Source: Bacteriovoracia bacterium
GTDB lineage: Bacteria; Bdellovibrionota; UBA1018; CAIPTA01
Length of the DNA stretch: 64,000 bases
NCBI GenBank assembly: GCA_050246755.1
Contig: JBFWVL010000001.1
Span: forward strand, 1,376,001 to 1,440,000
Direction: 5' to 3'
Under the pieces are notes generated by a model. That model made no database searches, was not told the origin of the DNA, and saw nothing but the letters and a program-made list of their open reading frames with translations. Both the position numbers and the translations under genes were made by a program. This document shows, one piece after another, positions 12,309-22,202 of this stretch (position 1 is the stretch's first letter; each line of letters opens with the position of its first letter).

Positions 12309-12958
12309 TTTTGCCGCAACTGGTTTACGACCGTAAGACAAAATGGATGTATTTTTTTATCGGTGGGGCCGCCACGCTCATCCTTTACCAGTGGACGAAC
12401 CGCTTCTACTGGACGGAACCGCGCCTGCTGAAGTTTGATGCCGTGGATTCCGTGATGCCATTCTGGACGTGGTCGGTGTGGGTTTATTTTACGGAATATA
12501 TTTTCTTTATCGTGGCCTATTTCGGGCTTCGTAGCGGGGAAAACATCACGCGATACTTTTACGCCTACATGGCGATCCTACTCGTTAGTATTGCCGTATT
12601 TGTGGTTTTTCCGGTTACTTTTCCTCGCGGGGACTATCCGGTGATTGGAAATTCCATCTCCGACCAAGCGTTGATTTTTTTGCGTACCTATATGGACAGC
12701 CCCGCCAATTGCTTACCGAGCTTGCACGTGAGCAGCTGCTATATTTCCGCGCTGTGTTTTTGGCGGGAAAGCCGCAAGAAGACCTGGCTATTTCTTTTGT
12801 GGTCTACCCTGGTAGCAATTTCTACTATGACTACCAAGCAGCACTATTTCATTGATGTTTGGACCGCGATGCTGCTCACGGGGCTTTTCTTCTGGATCTT
12901 TTTTTTCCGCACTCAGTTTCGCAAGGGATCCGGTAGCGCGGCGGGCGCTAAGCCGTAG
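12305..12958 (+). CDS. PAP2-superfamily membrane protein (AUR1/IPC-synthase-like)
   Basis: Multiple transmembrane helices, NCLPSLH and KQHYFID motifs. Confidence 0.8.
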   Translation: MILPQLVYDRKTKWMYFFIGGAATLILYQWTNRFYWTEPRLLKFDAVDSVMPFWTWSVWVYFTEYIFFIVAYFGLRSGENITRYFYAYMAILLVSIAVFVVFPVTFPRGDYPVIGNSISDQALIFLRTYMDSPANCLPSLHVSSCYISALCFWRESRKKTWLFLLWSTLVAISTMTTKQHYFIDVWTAMLLTGLFFWIFFFRTQFRKGSGSAAGAKP

Positions 12959-14151
12959 AACAGAGCCGAGGGATGATCACCGGCCGCAAATGCCGGCAAA
13001 CCCCGATACCCCGGCAATAAAGCCCCGTAGGTTTTTTCGCGGCGTAAGCTGCGGGCGGCGTTCCAGGTGACCGCGGCGATAATTTCCGCGGTAGTTAGGC
13101 CAAGCGAAATGGCGGCCACGCTGCCGATAAAAGGCAAATTCTGGGTAGGGCATGTGCCGGGATTGAAGTCGCTGGCGATGGCTACCACCACTCCAGAATC
13201 GACGAGCTTGCGTGCGGGCGCGGGCGTTTCCCGCAGATAAAAGCTCGTTCCCGGAAGTAAAACGGCGACGGTGCCCGCTTTGGCTAACGCTTTGATTCCG
13301 GCGTCGTCTACCTTCAGCAGATGATCTACGGAGTGGACTCCGAGCGCGGCGGCGGCGGCGGCGATACCCGTATGCGCCAGCTCTTCGCCGTGGAGCCGGG
13401 CAGAGAGACCCAGAGCATGTGCGGCCTTTACGAGCCGGATCGCTTCTTCGAGGGTAAAGTACCCTTGATCGCAGAATACATCTACGTACTCGGCTAGCTT
13501 ATTTTTCGCCACCTTTGGCAGAATTTTTTCTTCGATTTCGCGCAGGTATAGCTCGCGATCGCCTTTTCTTTCCGGAGGCACGGCGTGTGCCGCCAGGCAG
13601 GTAGCCACTACCTCGATGCCCTTGATTTTTTTCCTGACGGATTTAATCACTTCAAGCGAGCGGATCTCCGTGACCACATCTAGGCCGTATCCGCTTTTGG
13701 CTTCCAGCAGACGCACCCCAAATTGTTTTGCTCGCTCTAATCTTTGCGCGAGCAGCTTTCCCAACTCTCTAGGAGAAGCCGTACGCGTAGATCGTACCGT
13801 GGTGGCGATGCCCCCGCCGGCCGCGGCGATTTCCTGGTAGGTTGCGCCGCGCATGCGGAGCTCGAACTCACGGCTGCGGTCTCCCGCGAATACGGGATGG
13901 GTATGGGCATCTACTAAGCCGGGATAGGCGGTAAGGCCTTTACAATTCACCGTACGCCAAGATTTTCCGCGAAATTCTTTTGGAATATTTTTATCGGAGC
14001 CCGACCATAGAACGCCCCTAGTGGGAGAGAATACCAACGCTGCGTCGGAAATAAGCCCTAGATCAGGTTCGTTGGGCCTTACGCCGCCTTTCGCCGCCAC
14101 GCCCGCGTTGGTGACCAGACAAGCGATTTTACGGAAAACCAATCCGGGCAT
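12913..14151 (-). CDS. hutI: Imidazolonepropionase
   Basis: PGLVDAHTH, EAKSGYGL, DVFCD, SDFNPG; adjacent to hutU. Confidence 0.95.
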   Translation of the reverse strand: MPGLVFRKIACLVTNAGVAAKGGVRPNEPDLGLISDAALVFSPTRGVLWSGSDKNIPKEFRGKSWRTVNCKGLTAYPGLVDAHTHPVFAGDRSREFELRMRGATYQEIAAAGGGIATTVRSTRTASPRELGKLLAQRLERAKQFGVRLLEAKSGYGLDVVTEIRSLEVIKSVRKKIKGIEVVATCLAAHAVPPERKGDRELYLREIEEKILPKVAKNKLAEYVDVFCDQGYFTLEEAIRLVKAAHALGLSARLHGEELAHTGIAAAAAALGVHSVDHLLKVDDAGIKALAKAGTVAVLLPGTSFYLRETPAPARKLVDSGVVVAIASDFNPGTCPTQNLPFIGSVAAISLGLTTAEIIAAVTWNAARSLRREKTYGALLPGYRGLPAFAAGDHPSALFYGLAPAALPDPLRN

Positions 14152-15816
14152 TTAACAATTTCCCAAAAATGGGATTTTAATATGGTTGCGCTCGGCACAG
14201 GCTACGGCATTTTCGTAGCCGGCATCTGCGTGGCGGATCACGCCCATTGCGGGATCGTTATTGAGCACTCTCGCCAGCCGTAGCGCGGCTTCGTCGGTGC
14301 CGTCGGCCACGATCACCATTCCCGCGTGCTGCGAAAATCCCATGCCTACGCCCCCGCCGTGGTGTAGGGAAACCCAAGAGGCTCCGCCCGCGGTGCTCAT
14401 GAGGGCGTTGAGCAGGGGCCAGTCGGAAACCGCGTCGGACCCGTCCTTCATCGCTTCGGTTTCACGGTTAGGCGAGGCCACGCTGCCGCAATCCAAGTGG
14501 TCGCGGCCGATCACCAGCGGTGCCGAAACTTTTTTTGTGCGCACGAGATCGTTGAAGATCGCGCCGGCCTTTTCCCGCTCGCCGTAACGAAGCCAGCAAA
14601 TACGGGCCGGTAGTCCCTGGAAACGCACGTGCTTTTTTGCGGACTCCAGCCAAAGCTGCAGGCCTTTATTTTCCGGGAAAGCGGCGAGCAAGGCGGCGTC
14701 GGTAATTTCAATATCTTTGGGATCTCCGGAGAGCGCCACCCAGCGGAATGGGCCACTGCCTTCACAAAAGAGAGGGCGGATATAGGCCGGCACGAATCCC
14801 GGAAAATCAAAAGCGTTCTCCACCCCCGCTTCCTTGGCGTAGGCGCGGATATTATTTCCGTAGTCGAACACGTGGCAGCCTTTTTTCTGAAATTCCAGCA
14901 TGAGCCGAACGTGTTTTCCCATGGACTCAATGCTAACCGCCTTATATTTTTTCGGATCGATCCGCCGTAATTCCGCCGCCTCTTCGATACTCATCTTGTG
15001 GGGGATATAGCCGTTTACGGGATCGTGGGCGCTGGTTTGATCGGTGAGTAAATCGGGAATCACCTTCTTATCGCGTAAAAATTCCAAAAGGGTGATGGCT
15101 TCGCATTCCACTCCGATCGAAAGCGGAGTTTTACTGGCCATGGCTTCTTGCGCCCACTTGAGCGCTTGCTCAAGATTATCGGTGGCCTTATCGAGGTATT
15201 TGCTATCGAGGCGCTTCTGCACTCGTTCCCCGTCGATTTCTGCTCCGAGGAAAACCCCGCCTGCCATTTTGGCGGCGAGGGGCTGGGCTCCGCCCATTCC
15301 TCCGAGCCCGGCGGAGACTACGAGTCGCCCGCGTAGATCGGAGTTGAAATGTTTCTTGCCGGCAGCGAGAAAAGTTTCAAAGGTGCCCTGCAGGATTCCC
15401 TGGGTCCCGATATAAATCCAGGAGCCGGCCGTCATTTGGCCGTACATCATGAGGCCTTTTTTATCGAGCTCGTCGAAATGTTCCCAAGTGGCCCAGCGTG
15501 GGACGAGGTTGGAATTAGCGAGCAGGACGCGCGGAGCATTCTCATGGGTGGGCAAAATTCCGACGGGCTTTCCACTCTGTATGAGCAAGGTCTCGTCGTT
15601 TTCCAGTTTTTCCAGGCATTCCACGATTTTGTCGAAAGATTCCCAATTGCGGGCGGCCTTGCCGATGCCGCCGTAGACCACGAGATCTCCGGGGCGCTCG
15701 GCCACTTCGGGATCCAGGTTGTTCATAAGCATGCGGAGCGCGGCCTCCTGCACCCAGCCTTTGCAGCGAAGTTGGAGGCCTCTCGGCGCGCGAATAGTTC
15801 TTCCGGTTTCGGCCAT
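14152..15816 (-). CDS. hutU: Urocanate hydratase
   Basis: [39 protein letters not shown]. Confidence 0.99.
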   Translation of the reverse strand: MAETGRTIRAPRGLQLRCKGWVQEAALRMLMNNLDPEVAERPGDLVVYGGIGKAARNWESFDKIVECLEKLENDETLLIQSGKPVGILPTHENAPRVLLANSNLVPRWATWEHFDELDKKGLMMYGQMTAGSWIYIGTQGILQGTFETFLAAGKKHFNSDLRGRLVVSAGLGGMGGAQPLAAKMAGGVFLGAEIDGERVQKRLDSKYLDKATDNLEQALKWAQEAMASKTPLSIGVECEAITLLEFLRDKKVIPDLLTDQTSAHDPVNGYIPHKMSIEEAAELRRIDPKKYKAVSIESMGKHVRLMLEFQKKGCHVFDYGNNIRAYAKEAGVENAFDFPGFVPAYIRPLFCEGSGPFRWVALSGDPKDIEITDAALLAAFPENKGLQLWLESAKKHVRFQGLPARICWLRYGEREKAGAIFNDLVRTKKVSAPLVIGRDHLDCGSVASPNRETEAMKDGSDAVSDWPLLNALMSTAGGASWVSLHHGGGVGMGFSQHAGMVIVADGTDEAALRLARVLNNDPAMGVIRHADAGYENAVACAERNHIKIPFLGNC

Positions 15817-15826
15817 GGTGGCCTCC

Positions 15827-17398
15827 TTAGTCGAGTTTTCCCAGCACGGATTCGGCAGCCGCGAGCACTTGCCCCGACCCCACCATCTCCGTGATGGCCA
15901 TAATATCGTGGTGAAAAATTCTGTCTTTCTTGATTGGCGGCACGCGCGTGCGGATCAGCGTCTGGACCGCTTCGAGGGGCTTCGAAGATTTCAGTGGCCG
16001 CTGAAGCTCGATCCCTTGCGAGCCTGCCAAAAGTTCCATCGCGAGCACATGGCGAAGGTTAATGAGAATTTGCCGGGCCTTCCGCGCCGCGGTTACGCCC
16101 ATGCTCACGTGATCTTCTTTGTCGGCGGATGTAGGAATGGAATCCACCGAAGCGGGATGGGACAAAACTTTATTTTCCGAAACGAGAGAGGCCGAGGCCA
16201 CTTGCACGATCATCAGGCCGGAATTGAGTCCCGGATCCGGTGTGAGGAAGGCCGGCAAGCCGGAGATGGCCGGATTAATCAGTTTCTGCACGCGAAGATC
16301 GGAAATATTTGCAAACTCGGAAAGAGCGATGCAAGCCGTGTCCATCGCAATCGCCACGTATTCCCCGTGAAAGTTTCCGCCGCTCATGATTTCGCCGCCG
16401 AGAGGGCCGCTGCCTTTTTTATTCATTTCACTGGGAAGAAACACGAGAGGATTGTCGGTGGCCGAATTCATTTCGGTTTCCAGAACGGAGACCACGTTGT
16501 CTAGAAATCTTCGGGCGGCGCCGTGTACTTGCGGCATGCAGCGGAAGCTATAGGGATCTTGAACCTTGCCGCAGTCTTTATGGCTTTCCGCGATTTGGCT
16601 CGTGCCGAGCAGGCGGCGGAGGTTTTTTGCGCACGCGGCTTGCTCGGGATGGGGGCGGATGCGCTGAATTTCTTTGGAGAAGGCCACCGCCGTGCCACGG
16701 AACGCCTCAAGGCTGAGGGCGCCGGAGATATCGGCAGTTTTGGCGAGCGTGAGCGCCTCGTGCACCACGAGCGCGCCGATGGCGGTCATGATCTGGGTGC
16801 CGTTGATGAGGGAGAGGCCTTCTTTCACACCTAGCGTATGTGGCTTGATCTTTGCCTTTTTCAAAGCCTTAGCGGAATCCATCCACGCGCCATCGTACCA
16901 GCAAGTGCCTTCGCCGATGAGCACGAGCGCCATGTGGGCGAGGGGGGCTAGATCTCCGCAGGCACCCACGCTGCCCTGCTCGGGAATCCAGGCGATGATT
17001 CCGGCATTCTGGATCTCGATCAGCTTTTCCAAAAGCTCCAGCGAAATGCCGGAATAGCCTTTGGCGAGGGTATTAGTGCGCAAAAGCATCGCGGCCTTTG
17101 CTTCGGGAAGAGAAAGAGGATTGCCTACCCCCACACTGTGGGAGCGAATGAGGTTCACCTGGAGCTCGGCGAGTTTACTTTTCTCGATTTTCACGTCGGC
17201 GAGGAGGCCGAAGCCCGTATTCACCCCGTAAACGGCGTCTTTGCCGGCCGCGAGCTTCATCACGTATTTGCGGGCTTCCCGCACTTTCGCTTTGGCTTTA
17301 TCGGCGAGCTTAATCTGGGCGGCTCCCGCTTCAGCGTGAGACCAATCCCATACTTTTTTTAGGGTAAGCGAAGCGCCATCGAGCACTAAGTCTTTCAT
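15827..17398 (-). CDS. hutH: Histidine ammonia-lyase (MIO triad Ala-Cys-Gly)
   Basis: [40 protein letters not shown]. Confidence 0.97.
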   Translation of the reverse strand: MKDLVLDGASLTLKKVWDWSHAEAGAAQIKLADKAKAKVREARKYVMKLAAGKDAVYGVNTGFGLLADVKIEKSKLAELQVNLIRSHSVGVGNPLSLPEAKAAMLLRTNTLAKGYSGISLELLEKLIEIQNAGIIAWIPEQGSVGACGDLAPLAHMALVLIGEGTCWYDGAWMDSAKALKKAKIKPHTLGVKEGLSLINGTQIMTAIGALVVHEALTLAKTADISGALSLEAFRGTAVAFSKEIQRIRPHPEQAACAKNLRRLLGTSQIAESHKDCGKVQDPYSFRCMPQVHGAARRFLDNVVSVLETEMNSATDNPLVFLPSEMNKKGSGPLGGEIMSGGNFHGEYVAIAMDTACIALSEFANISDLRVQKLINPAISGLPAFLTPDPGLNSGLMIVQVASASLVSENKVLSHPASVDSIPTSADKEDHVSMGVTAARKARQILINLRHVLAMELLAGSQGIELQRPLKSSKPLEAVQTLIRTRVPPIKKDRIFHHDIMAITEMVGSGQVLAAAESVLGKLD

Positions 17399-18069
17399 TT
17401 CTTTTTCTCTCCGCGCAGGGAGGCGATGGCCTTGGCGTAGTCTTTCGCCTTAAATACAAAGCTTCCCGCCACGAGCACGTCGGCACCAGCTTCGATTAGG
17501 GCCGGGGCATTTTTATCGTTCACTCCTCCGTCGATCTCGATCAGGAAAGAATGCTGGCCGCTTGCGCGCATTTGGGTGAGATCTTTGCATTTATCCAAAA
17601 CCTCCGGGATGAAATCTTGGCCGCCGAAACCAGGATTTACGCTCATGAGTAAAACGAGATCCACCATGCCGAGCACGTGCCGGATGGTTTCCACCGGCGT
17701 GGCGGGGTTGATCACTACGCCGGCCTTGCAGCCGGCCGCACGGATCTGCTGAAGCGTGCGGTGAAGATGGGGAGAGGCCTCGGCGTGTACGGTGAGGTAG
17801 TCTGCCCCGGCTTTTGCGAAATCTTCCACGTAGCGCTCGGGCTCGGTGATCATCAGGTGCACGTCGAGCACCTCGGGGCGGGGGCTGAGCTTATTCAGGG
17901 AGGCCAGCACTACGGGACCAATCGTGATATTAGGCACGAAGTGCCCATCCATCACATCCACGTGAATCCAATCGGCGCCGGCCTTGGCGACCGCTTTTAC
18001 TTCTTCCCCGAGGCGCGCGAAATCAGCGGAAAGGATACTGGGAGCAATGAGCGTACGCTGCTTTTTCAT
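17395..18069 (-). CDS. rpe: Ribulose-phosphate 3-epimerase
   Basis: [35 protein letters not shown]. Confidence 0.98.
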   Translation of the reverse strand: MKKQRTLIAPSILSADFARLGEEVKAVAKAGADWIHVDVMDGHFVPNITIGPVVLASLNKLSPRPEVLDVHLMITEPERYVEDFAKAGADYLTVHAEASPHLHRTLQQIRAAGCKAGVVINPATPVETIRHVLGMVDLVLLMSVNPGFGGQDFIPEVLDKCKDLTQMRASGQHSFLIEIDGGVNDKNAPALIEAGADVLVAGSFVFKAKDYAKAIASLRGEKKK

Positions 18070-19013
18070 GTGGAATCCCCCGAATCGAAGACTTGGGCCA
18101 GGCCCTGCGTTTTCATACCATTCTCGAATTCCCTCGGCAATATCGCCGGCTTGCCTTCCGGCTGAAGGCGCAGGATTTCGAGGGCGCCTTCACGGCAGTG
18201 CACGAAGAGTCGTTCTTCTTCGAACCAGAATACTCCGCCCCGTCCGCCAGCTTTTCCCGGGGCCATTCGGGCTTGGAGGATTTTTATACGTTTTTTATTT
18301 AAATAGGTATAAGCGCCCGGCCAAGGAAAAAGGCCGCGCACCTGATTGTGGATCGTCTGCGCTGTTTCCTGCGCGAAATGAATCAGCCCTTGCTCTTTTG
18401 ATAGCAAGGGGGCGAGGGTGGCCTTGCTGCCGTCTTGCTTCCTCGGAGTAATGGACCCTTTTTCCAGGCCATCGAGGGTGGCCACGATCAAGTTTCCCCC
18501 CACTACTTTCAAGCGATCTTGCAGCTCCTTGGCGCTTTCATTTTCGCCGATCGTGGCGGGAACCTGCAGTAAAACATCTCCCGCGTCCATTTCTTTCACC
18601 ATGAATTGGGTGGTTACGCCGGTATTCGCGTATCCCTTGAGCACTGCCCACTGCATGGGGGCGGCGCCGCGGAGATCTGGCAAAAGAGAAGGATGCACAT
18701 TTACGGGAGGAAACTTACAAAATTTCAGGAGCTTTTCGCCGAGAAAGCCGCCGTAGGCCACAACCACCAGGATATCGGGCGCGAGCCTTTCCAAAAAAGA
18801 ATAGGTTTCTTCGCGATTTACTTTTTCCGGCTGCAGGATAGGAATATTTTTTTCGAGGGCCCGCACTTTTACGGCGGGTGGCTCTAATTTCAGCCCGCGC
18901 CCAGCAGGCCGGTCCGGCTGAGTCACAATGCCGGCCACCTCATGATTCGAGGCGAGAAGGGCGTCGAGGGAAGCCACCGCAAATTCCGGGCTTCCAAAGA
19001 AAACGCACTTCAC
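18066..19013 (-). CDS. fmt: Methionyl-tRNA formyltransferase
   Basis: [30 protein letters not shown]; follows def. Confidence 0.97.
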   Translation of the reverse strand: MKCVFFGSPEFAVASLDALLASNHEVAGIVTQPDRPAGRGLKLEPPAVKVRALEKNIPILQPEKVNREETYSFLERLAPDILVVVAYGGFLGEKLLKFCKFPPVNVHPSLLPDLRGAAPMQWAVLKGYANTGVTTQFMVKEMDAGDVLLQVPATIGENESAKELQDRLKVVGGNLIVATLDGLEKGSITPRKQDGSKATLAPLLSKEQGLIHFAQETAQTIHNQVRGLFPWPGAYTYLNKKRIKILQARMAPGKAGGRGGVFWFEEERLFVHCREGALEILRLQPEGKPAILPREFENGMKTQGLAQVFDSGDST

Positions 19014-19543
19014 TCGTCTTGTTCCTTTTCCTTTTTGATCCGGCGCTTTACCGAACGGCTTTTCACGAAACTAAGGCGATCAATAAAAAGCCGACCTTCA
19101 AGGTGATCGAGTTCGTGCTGAATGGCTACGGCCAGGAGTCCATCCGCTTCCAGGGTATGGGGCTTGCCGTCGACGTCTTGGTATTCAACCGTCACTTTTT
19201 CGGAGCGCAAAACTTCTTCGTATTCACCGGGAATGCTCAGGCAGCCTTCTTTAAAAAGAATTTCACCTTCTTTTTTGGTGATCTTGGCATTGATAAAAAT
19301 CCGCGGGTTCTGGTTGGAAAGAATGGGCGGCTCGTCTTCGGTGGAGTCGTAGTCGATATCAATCACTACCAGCTGTTGGTGCACGTCCACTTGGGGGGCG
19401 GCAAGGCCGATGCCGGGAGCGTCGTACATCGTTTCTAACATGTCGTCGCAGAGCTTTTTGAGCGCGGCATCGAATTTGGTCACCGGCTTGCTCTTTTGGG
19501 CCAAACGCGGATCGGGATAAGTTAAAATGGTGAGTTTTGCCAT
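19010..19543 (-). CDS. def: Peptide deformylase
   Basis: GIGLAAPQ, EGCLS, QHELDHL motifs. Confidence 0.98.
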   Translation of the reverse strand: MAKLTILTYPDPRLAQKSKPVTKFDAALKKLCDDMLETMYDAPGIGLAAPQVDVHQQLVVIDIDYDSTEDEPPILSNQNPRIFINAKITKKEGEILFKEGCLSIPGEYEEVLRSEKVTVEYQDVDGKPHTLEADGLLAVAIQHELDHLEGRLFIDRLSFVKSRSVKRRIKKEKEQDE

Positions 19544-19547
19544 CGTG

Positions 19548-20627
19548 TTATGCTCGTTTATTCCTTAGTACCATGAATAAGCCCAAGCCAAAAAACAGGA
19601 AGTTGGGCCCCCAGGCCGCCCAGAGCGGAGGAATTCTCCCGGATTTGCCAATCGAGAGCGACGCGGAAAAAAGCAGCCAGTAAACAAGTACGATAAGAAA
19701 GCAGAGGCTGATATCGCGGGCCAGGCTCGCATGCCTGTGATGCTGGGTGGCAAAAGGAATGCCGAGGAGAGCCATCACGAGGGGAACCAAAGCGAGGCTG
19801 ATTTTTGACCAGAAAACTACTTCGTAAGAATGTGTATCAATGCCGGCATCTTTATTGCGCTGGATATAGCGCCAAAGATTTTTCAGGCGCAGTGTTTCTA
19901 CTTCTTTTTCGATTTCCGAAAACTCGGCGGGGCTTTCATTGAGGGTGAGCGACTGCGTGGCAAAACGCCGGGTCATGGGGTAGCCGTTTGCTTCGTCGAA
20001 GAGCGTGATGAGGCCGTTAGAGAGAAGCCAGCGCCCGTCTGCGTAATCCGCCGTATCGGCTTCGATCTGTTGAATAAGGTCGAACCTGTCATTGAAGGTA
20101 TAGATGGAAATTCCAGAAATGCGATTAATGCGCGGTTCGAACGAGCGCAGGTTATAAATGAGGTTACGGCTTCGGTACCAAATTTTATTCTGTTTGATGT
20201 CGGTTTGCAGGTCGGGTTTTTTCTGAATTTCCGTTCGGTAGATATGCGCACGCAATTTTGCCAAGGGTGGCACGATTCGATCCGTAACCACGAAAGAGAC
20301 GCAGCAGAGCATGAAAACCAGGCTGAGCACCACGAAGGCAATGCGCGCCAAGCTGATTCCGCTAGCAAACATCGCTGTAAGCTCATTTCTTCGTGCCAGT
20401 CCCGATAGGCAAATCAGCGTTCCCATCAGGCATGCGGCCGGAAGCAAGAGCACGAGTACTTCGGGCATTTGTAGAAAAGTGAATTGAAGCGCGAAAGCGG
20501 GGGGGATATCGTCGCGTAAGCCCTGCCGCACGGTGTCGCCGCCGAGGTACAAAACGAGAAAGGTGGCCATGGCCGCAAGTAGGCCCTTCCAAAATTCTCT
20601 GGCAATATAGCGGTCGAGGATGCTCAC
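19548..20627 (-). CDS. lptG: LPS export ABC transporter permease (LptF/LptG family, LptG-like)
   Basis: ILDRYI start, NELTAMFASGISL coupling helix, periplasmic beta-jellyroll region, AAWGPN. Confidence 0.85.
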   Translation of the reverse strand: MSILDRYIAREFWKGLLAAMATFLVLYLGGDTVRQGLRDDIPPAFALQFTFLQMPEVLVLLLPAACLMGTLICLSGLARRNELTAMFASGISLARIAFVVLSLVFMLCCVSFVVTDRIVPPLAKLRAHIYRTEIQKKPDLQTDIKQNKIWYRSRNLIYNLRSFEPRINRISGISIYTFNDRFDLIQQIEADTADYADGRWLLSNGLITLFDEANGYPMTRRFATQSLTLNESPAEFSEIEKEVETLRLKNLWRYIQRNKDAGIDTHSYEVVFWSKISLALVPLVMALLGIPFATQHHRHASLARDISLCFLIVLVYWLLFSASLSIGKSGRIPPLWAAWGPNFLFFGLGLFMVLRNKRA

Positions 20628-20684
20628 AGATTAAACTTATCATAATCAAACCCCGCTGTTACACTCGGCAACGAAGGAAAAAGT

Positions 20685-21431
20685 ATGAAAGATCGTCCCC
20701 TTAGCGTGTGGACCAGACTTAAGAACTGGCTCGCGGATACCGGTAAACAGCTCGCGATTGCGATCTTTATCGTCATGTTCCTTCGCTCGTCGATTATCGA
20801 GCCCTATAAGATTCCTTCGGGATCTATGATTCCCACCCTTTTCATCGGCGACCACATTTTCGTGAACAAATTCGCTTATGGTTTCAAGGTTCCCTTTACC
20901 GAGTTTTTTCTCGAAAGACCGCTTTTCATGACTAAGGCGACCGTACCGGCCCGCGGGGACGTGATCGTATTCCGGTACCCGAAAGACGAGTCGATCAACT
21001 ATATCAAGCGGGTAGTGGGCCTGCCTGGTGACCTCATTGCCATTCGCGACAAAGTGCTCTACCTCAACAATAAACCGATCTCGATCGATCCCCTAAAAGA
21101 CGAGAAGCTCGAGGCGGGAATTGAAAACGAAGAAGAGCGCCAGGTGCTTACGCTCTATAAAGAGAAGCTCGAAAATATCGAGCACCCGGTTCTCTACAAC
21201 ATGAACAGCCTCCTGAATTCCGATTACGGCCCGGTGGAAATTCCCGAGGGCAAGCTACTTTGCCTCGGCGACAACCGCGATCGCAGCTCGGATAGCCGCG
21301 TGTGGGGTTTTGTGCCGCTGGAGAACGTAAAAGGAAAAGCCATGTTCGTTTGGCTTAATTTCGTATTCCAGATGGAAAACGAGTTCCGCTTCCAGTTTCG
21401 TCCTGAGCGGATCGGCACCATCATTCACTAA
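20685..21431 (+). CDS. lepB: Signal peptidase I
   Basis: IPSGSMIPTL, RGDVIVF, YIKRVVGLPGD, GDNRDRSSDSR. Confidence 0.98.
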   Translation: MKDRPLSVWTRLKNWLADTGKQLAIAIFIVMFLRSSIIEPYKIPSGSMIPTLFIGDHIFVNKFAYGFKVPFTEFFLERPLFMTKATVPARGDVIVFRYPKDESINYIKRVVGLPGDLIAIRDKVLYLNNKPISIDPLKDEKLEAGIENEEERQVLTLYKEKLENIEHPVLYNMNSLLNSDYGPVEIPEGKLLCLGDNRDRSSDSRVWGFVPLENVKGKAMFVWLNFVFQMENEFRFQFRPERIGTIIH

Positions 21432-21440
21432 CCGAAAAAT

Positions 21441-22193
21441 TTAGTCTTTAGCGAACAGGACGATTGCGCGTACCAGGGCGCGCGCTCCGCCGCGGGCGCC
21501 GGGGATCACGCTAAGAACATTTTTTAGTAAGATGCCGTGGCGATAGTATCCGCTTACGAAGGCGCGCCCGAGCGCGCTGCCCGTTAGAACCCCATCGCGC
21601 ACTGCGCGCAGGCCCCGAACTTCCCGGCAGTCCTCATCGCCGAAAGCCCAGGTGGCCACCACGCAATACTTCTTCATCTGAATCGCGTGGTAGGTATTCC
21701 AAAATTCTTTTTTGTTCACGATTCCGCCGCCGTAAACTAGATTTTTGCGGATATTTTCCCCAGCAAAATGCTGAAACGGCTGCCCAAGCGTGAAGCGAAT
21801 AAAAAGACGATGGTATAGCTGGCGCTCCTGAGTGGCGGAGGGCGTGTTCAAGCGGTCGAGCATTTTCAGTAGATCGAAAAAAATCGAAGAAATGATCAGT
21901 GATTCGGCCGTGCGCCGCTTGGGCTCATAGAGCTGAGGGCTGAGATCGGCAACTTCCACGTTGAGGCTCTTAGCCGTGATCGCCAAAAAACGCCGGTAAG
22001 ATACCATGGCCTTCGCGTAGTCGCGGCGCTCGATAAACATCCGGCCTTCCCGCGCAATGGAAATGCGTTTGCCAAGTTCTTCGAGAAATTGCCGTTCCTG
22101 CTTCTTTTTTTCTTGATCGAGAATTTGGGCCTCGATCTTATTCGAGCGCTCCTGGAATTTACTAGCGGCGGCTGATTTTGGCTTTTCGTCCAT
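21441..22193 (-). CDS. Helical hypothetical protein with C-terminal CFI-box-CTERM-like domain
   Basis: C-terminal YCVVATWAFG...EVRGLRAVRD..L....GRAFVSGYY pattern. Confidence 0.65.
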   Translation of the reverse strand: MDEKPKSAAASKFQERSNKIEAQILDQEKKKQERQFLEELGKRISIAREGRMFIERRDYAKAMVSYRRFLAITAKSLNVEVADLSPQLYEPKRRTAESLIISSIFFDLLKMLDRLNTPSATQERQLYHRLFIRFTLGQPFQHFAGENIRKNLVYGGGIVNKKEFWNTYHAIQMKKYCVVATWAFGDEDCREVRGLRAVRDGVLTGSALGRAFVSGYYRHGILLKNVLSVIPGARGGARALVRAIVLFAKD

Positions 22194-22202
22194 GAGCGCT
22201 TA

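Noticed and set aside
19548-20627. lptG without an adjacent lptF as a novel transporter
   Set aside because: The partner may simply be elsewhere in the genome; this cannot be judged from the window.
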